Source: Harriotta raleighana (taxonomy: Eukaryota). Taken from it: a stretch of DNA of 64,000 bases. The translations under genes were made by a program, and so were the position numbers. The stretch lies in contig JBNZDD010013721.1 in NCBI GenBank assembly GCA_050575255.1, positions 9,496,357-9,560,356 on the forward strand. The letters run 5' to 3'. This document shows positions 61,486 to 64,000 of this stretch, in pieces. The notes beneath the pieces are model-generated. The model ran no database searches. It was not told where the DNA came from and saw only the letters and a list, made by a program, of their open reading frames with translations. How positions within the stretch are numbered: the first letter of the stretch is position 1; every line of letters begins with the position of its first letter.

Positions 61486-62061
61486 AACCCAAACATTGTG
61501 CAATTCACCTCAAGTCAATCGGCCTCCAAAGCAGCACGTTGAATAAAATGCATTCCAATGTTGTACTTGTGTATCAACACTTTGCAATGATTTAAAATCT
61601 TGTGACAATAGTTAAAAATGATGAATAAACAACAAATTACCCTTACATTTGATATTGCATTTTTTATGTTGGGTGGGCAAATTTGACATAAACTAAAGCT
61701 GTTCTATGTTCATTTGTTGGAGTGGTTTGCAAAGCTGCTATAGCTTATCTTTTCTAAATTCCTCTTTGTCAGTAAGTCTTTTAGATGTTTTGTAAAAGGA
61801 AAAAGCAGAACCTTTGAAAAGCCAAGCAGATTAAGAGATGATAACTGTTGACAATTGCATATATTAGAACCGAAAGAACTGCAATAATCACAACCAGTTG
61901 TATCTGAAAAATGTATCTAGCTAAGATCCAAGGGAATAATTTGATGCTTTTTGTGACATGACAGAACTTTGCTCGGTTTCTATTATGTACAGATCACTTG
62001 TCAAATTTCCCCCCAAAATGCTTGTTATATATAACAATGAAGTAAGATTGGACATCAAATT

Positions 62062-62440
62062 ATAATAATAGTAATTAATCCTTACATTTGTCAGGAGCAT
62101 GTCTTGAAGCATTTCACACAATATACTGTAAAGTGAAATGATATACTTTGTAAGAGAACACAACAGCCAATTTGCACACAGTAAAGTCATACAAACAGCC
62201 ACAAAGTGAGTAACCAATTTTATTTGGTAGATTGTTAGCCAGGATACTGGTAGAAACTCCACTCTGTTTTCCAAATAGTTTGATGTCTATCTGAATAGGT
62301 ATATCTGGTTTAAGAACATCTCCATCAATGCAGTGCAACCCCCAGCAATGTAATGGATTATCAACTATAATAAACTACTCATCCTGACATGGGGATTGAA
62401 CCTAGGGCTTTCTGACTCCTAACAAACTGAAATTGACTGA
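62062..62440 (-). mobile_element. Degraded near full-length Deu-domain SINE
   Basis: Tail TAATCCTTACATTTG; CAGCCAATTTGCACACAG; TAGCCAGGATACTGG..GAAACTCC; head (reverse) GGGGATTGAACCTAGGGCTTTCTGACTC. Confidence 0.7.
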
Positions 62441-63639
62441 TGCAGAATTTTGCTGATTTAGCAAAAGTTACTAACCTTTTTGAAATGTACTTCCAACAAG
62501 ATATGCTTTCGACGGGAAAATCTTTACCAATCTAAATAAGTTCTACCCGATAACGAGTTCACCTGTCGATGTTACAGTTTATTGCTATTTGCAGTCTGAA
62601 TTTGGGGAGGGGGCACATGGGAGAAGTAGTAGGATTTGTGGAGGGGAGGAGAGAAGTAATCATTCATGAACCATTCACGTTTTCAACCTAATGCGAAAAA
62701 ATATAAGAAGGCTGCAGCACACATTAAAACGCTTCGTGAATTTGGATTGCCAACTCTGTGAGTGGAAAAAAGATCTGTTAACTCATGTTTGATATACAAG
62801 TCCTCTTTGCCAGGAGAATCCATTGAGATTTCCACTTCCCTTGATTGTGAGTCTATGTATTTGGCAAAGGTTCTGCCCATAAAATAATGCAGGTATTTTG
62901 TACTTGTGTTCTCTATCATTTCATTGCGGATTATTGCAATTGCAGAGAATACTTCAAAACTTCTCATTACATTTGGTGAACTGTCTCTCAAGGTACTTGG
63001 CTGGAAGCTATGTTGGCAATACCCTGAAAGATAATTAAATATTAAATTCATTGGGTTGTTTTGACCTTAACCGATGCTTGTTTGCACAGTCAGTCACAAT
63101 TAGCATGAAAGTGTTGCTCTGTGGCCTAATAGAAATAAAAGCAACACAGCTTCTTGTAAAGTTGTCAGCTGTTGTCTGAAAAGTCGAGATCTATTTAATG
63201 TTTTAAGTGGCAAACGGGGAACTCGAAGTATAGTACAAGTGCTACAAAGAGCCAGAATGTCAAATCCAAAAGATTGGCGGCATATTTTAATATTTTGTGA
63301 GAAATCGAGGAAAGCATTCCAAGTAAGAATGCTAAGTCACTCAAATGGAATCAGTAACTTTTGTTGGCTGCACATGCTTTCTAACTATATTCTGTTCTTT
63401 GGGGCACATTATAGCTTTGGCTAACCAGAGTTTATTAAAAAAAAAAAAAATTGTATCCATTCTTCGATGATTAATATCACAGGGTATTGTTTAGTAATGT
63501 TCATCTTCAAATTTTCTCGTTTGTATTCGATATCACGTGGCGCCCTTTAAACCACAATTCAGAAGTAGAGGAATAATATATGGGAATATATCGGAGAAGG
63601 CAACTTGAAAGAAGACTTGTTGTAATAATGTTACTAAAG

Positions 63640-63820
63640 TAATAATAGAAAACATTTGAATTTGATATATCAAATGACTGATCACATTAGCAATGTCTCA
63701 AAGTGCCTCACAGGCGTTTCTGTGAAGTGTTGTGGTTGTTTATTTCTGTAGGCAAATGAGGAAGTGATTTGTGCACAGCAACGTCCCACAAAACAGTTGT
63801 GAAGTCAATGACCAATTTCA
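63640..63820 (-). mobile_element. Degraded SINE 3' half
   Basis: ATTTGATATA...TGTCTCAAAGTGCCTCACAG...GTGCACAGCAACGTCCCACAAA...ATGACCAATTT. Confidence 0.8.
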
Positions 63821-64000
63821 TCTCAACAATTAGAAATAAACAAATCTCTGCAGCTGGTGATTTCCTGCTCAGTGAGACTCAGTCCCACACACACTAAGCC
63901 ATTGGAGGAACCCAGAAAGACTTAACTCCAGAAGACTTGCACACCAAGTGACTGCTGGTGATGAAAGTTTTTCATAAAGCTCGGTGATAGAAACTGGGAA

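Overview
AT-rich, CpG-depleted eukaryotic (vertebrate) DNA in which I can recognise no intact protein-coding gene, rRNA, tRNA or CRISPR array; it reads as a long intron or gene desert. The repeat content (tRNA-head SINEs with an L2-type tail ending in (ATT)n, Deu-domain SINEs, 5'-truncated L2 LINEs ending in (GTT)n, CR1 3' ends, a Penelope-type terminal fragment) points to a cartilaginous fish, possibly a chimaera; this is inference, not a database result. The ORF track is almost all chance ORFs or LINE remnants. About ten apparent tandem duplications sit across single N characters and are most likely assembly overlaps. I did not find a demonstrable new biological system. The best leads are: a fossil hammerhead ribozyme in a Penelope fragment that also supplies a strong cryptic exon (24.2-24.35 kb); a CpG-rich block with an 86-nt canonical intron next to a 13-bp TAATTA inverted repeat (12.55-13.3 kb); AG|GTAAG recursive-splice-like motifs; a TA-flanked MITE family; an unclassified two-copy repeat with an RTE-like WNVRTL motif; a possible ancient L1 zinc-knuckle fossil; and several hairpin and enhancer-like blocks. 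Repeat boundaries were set by eye and are approximate.
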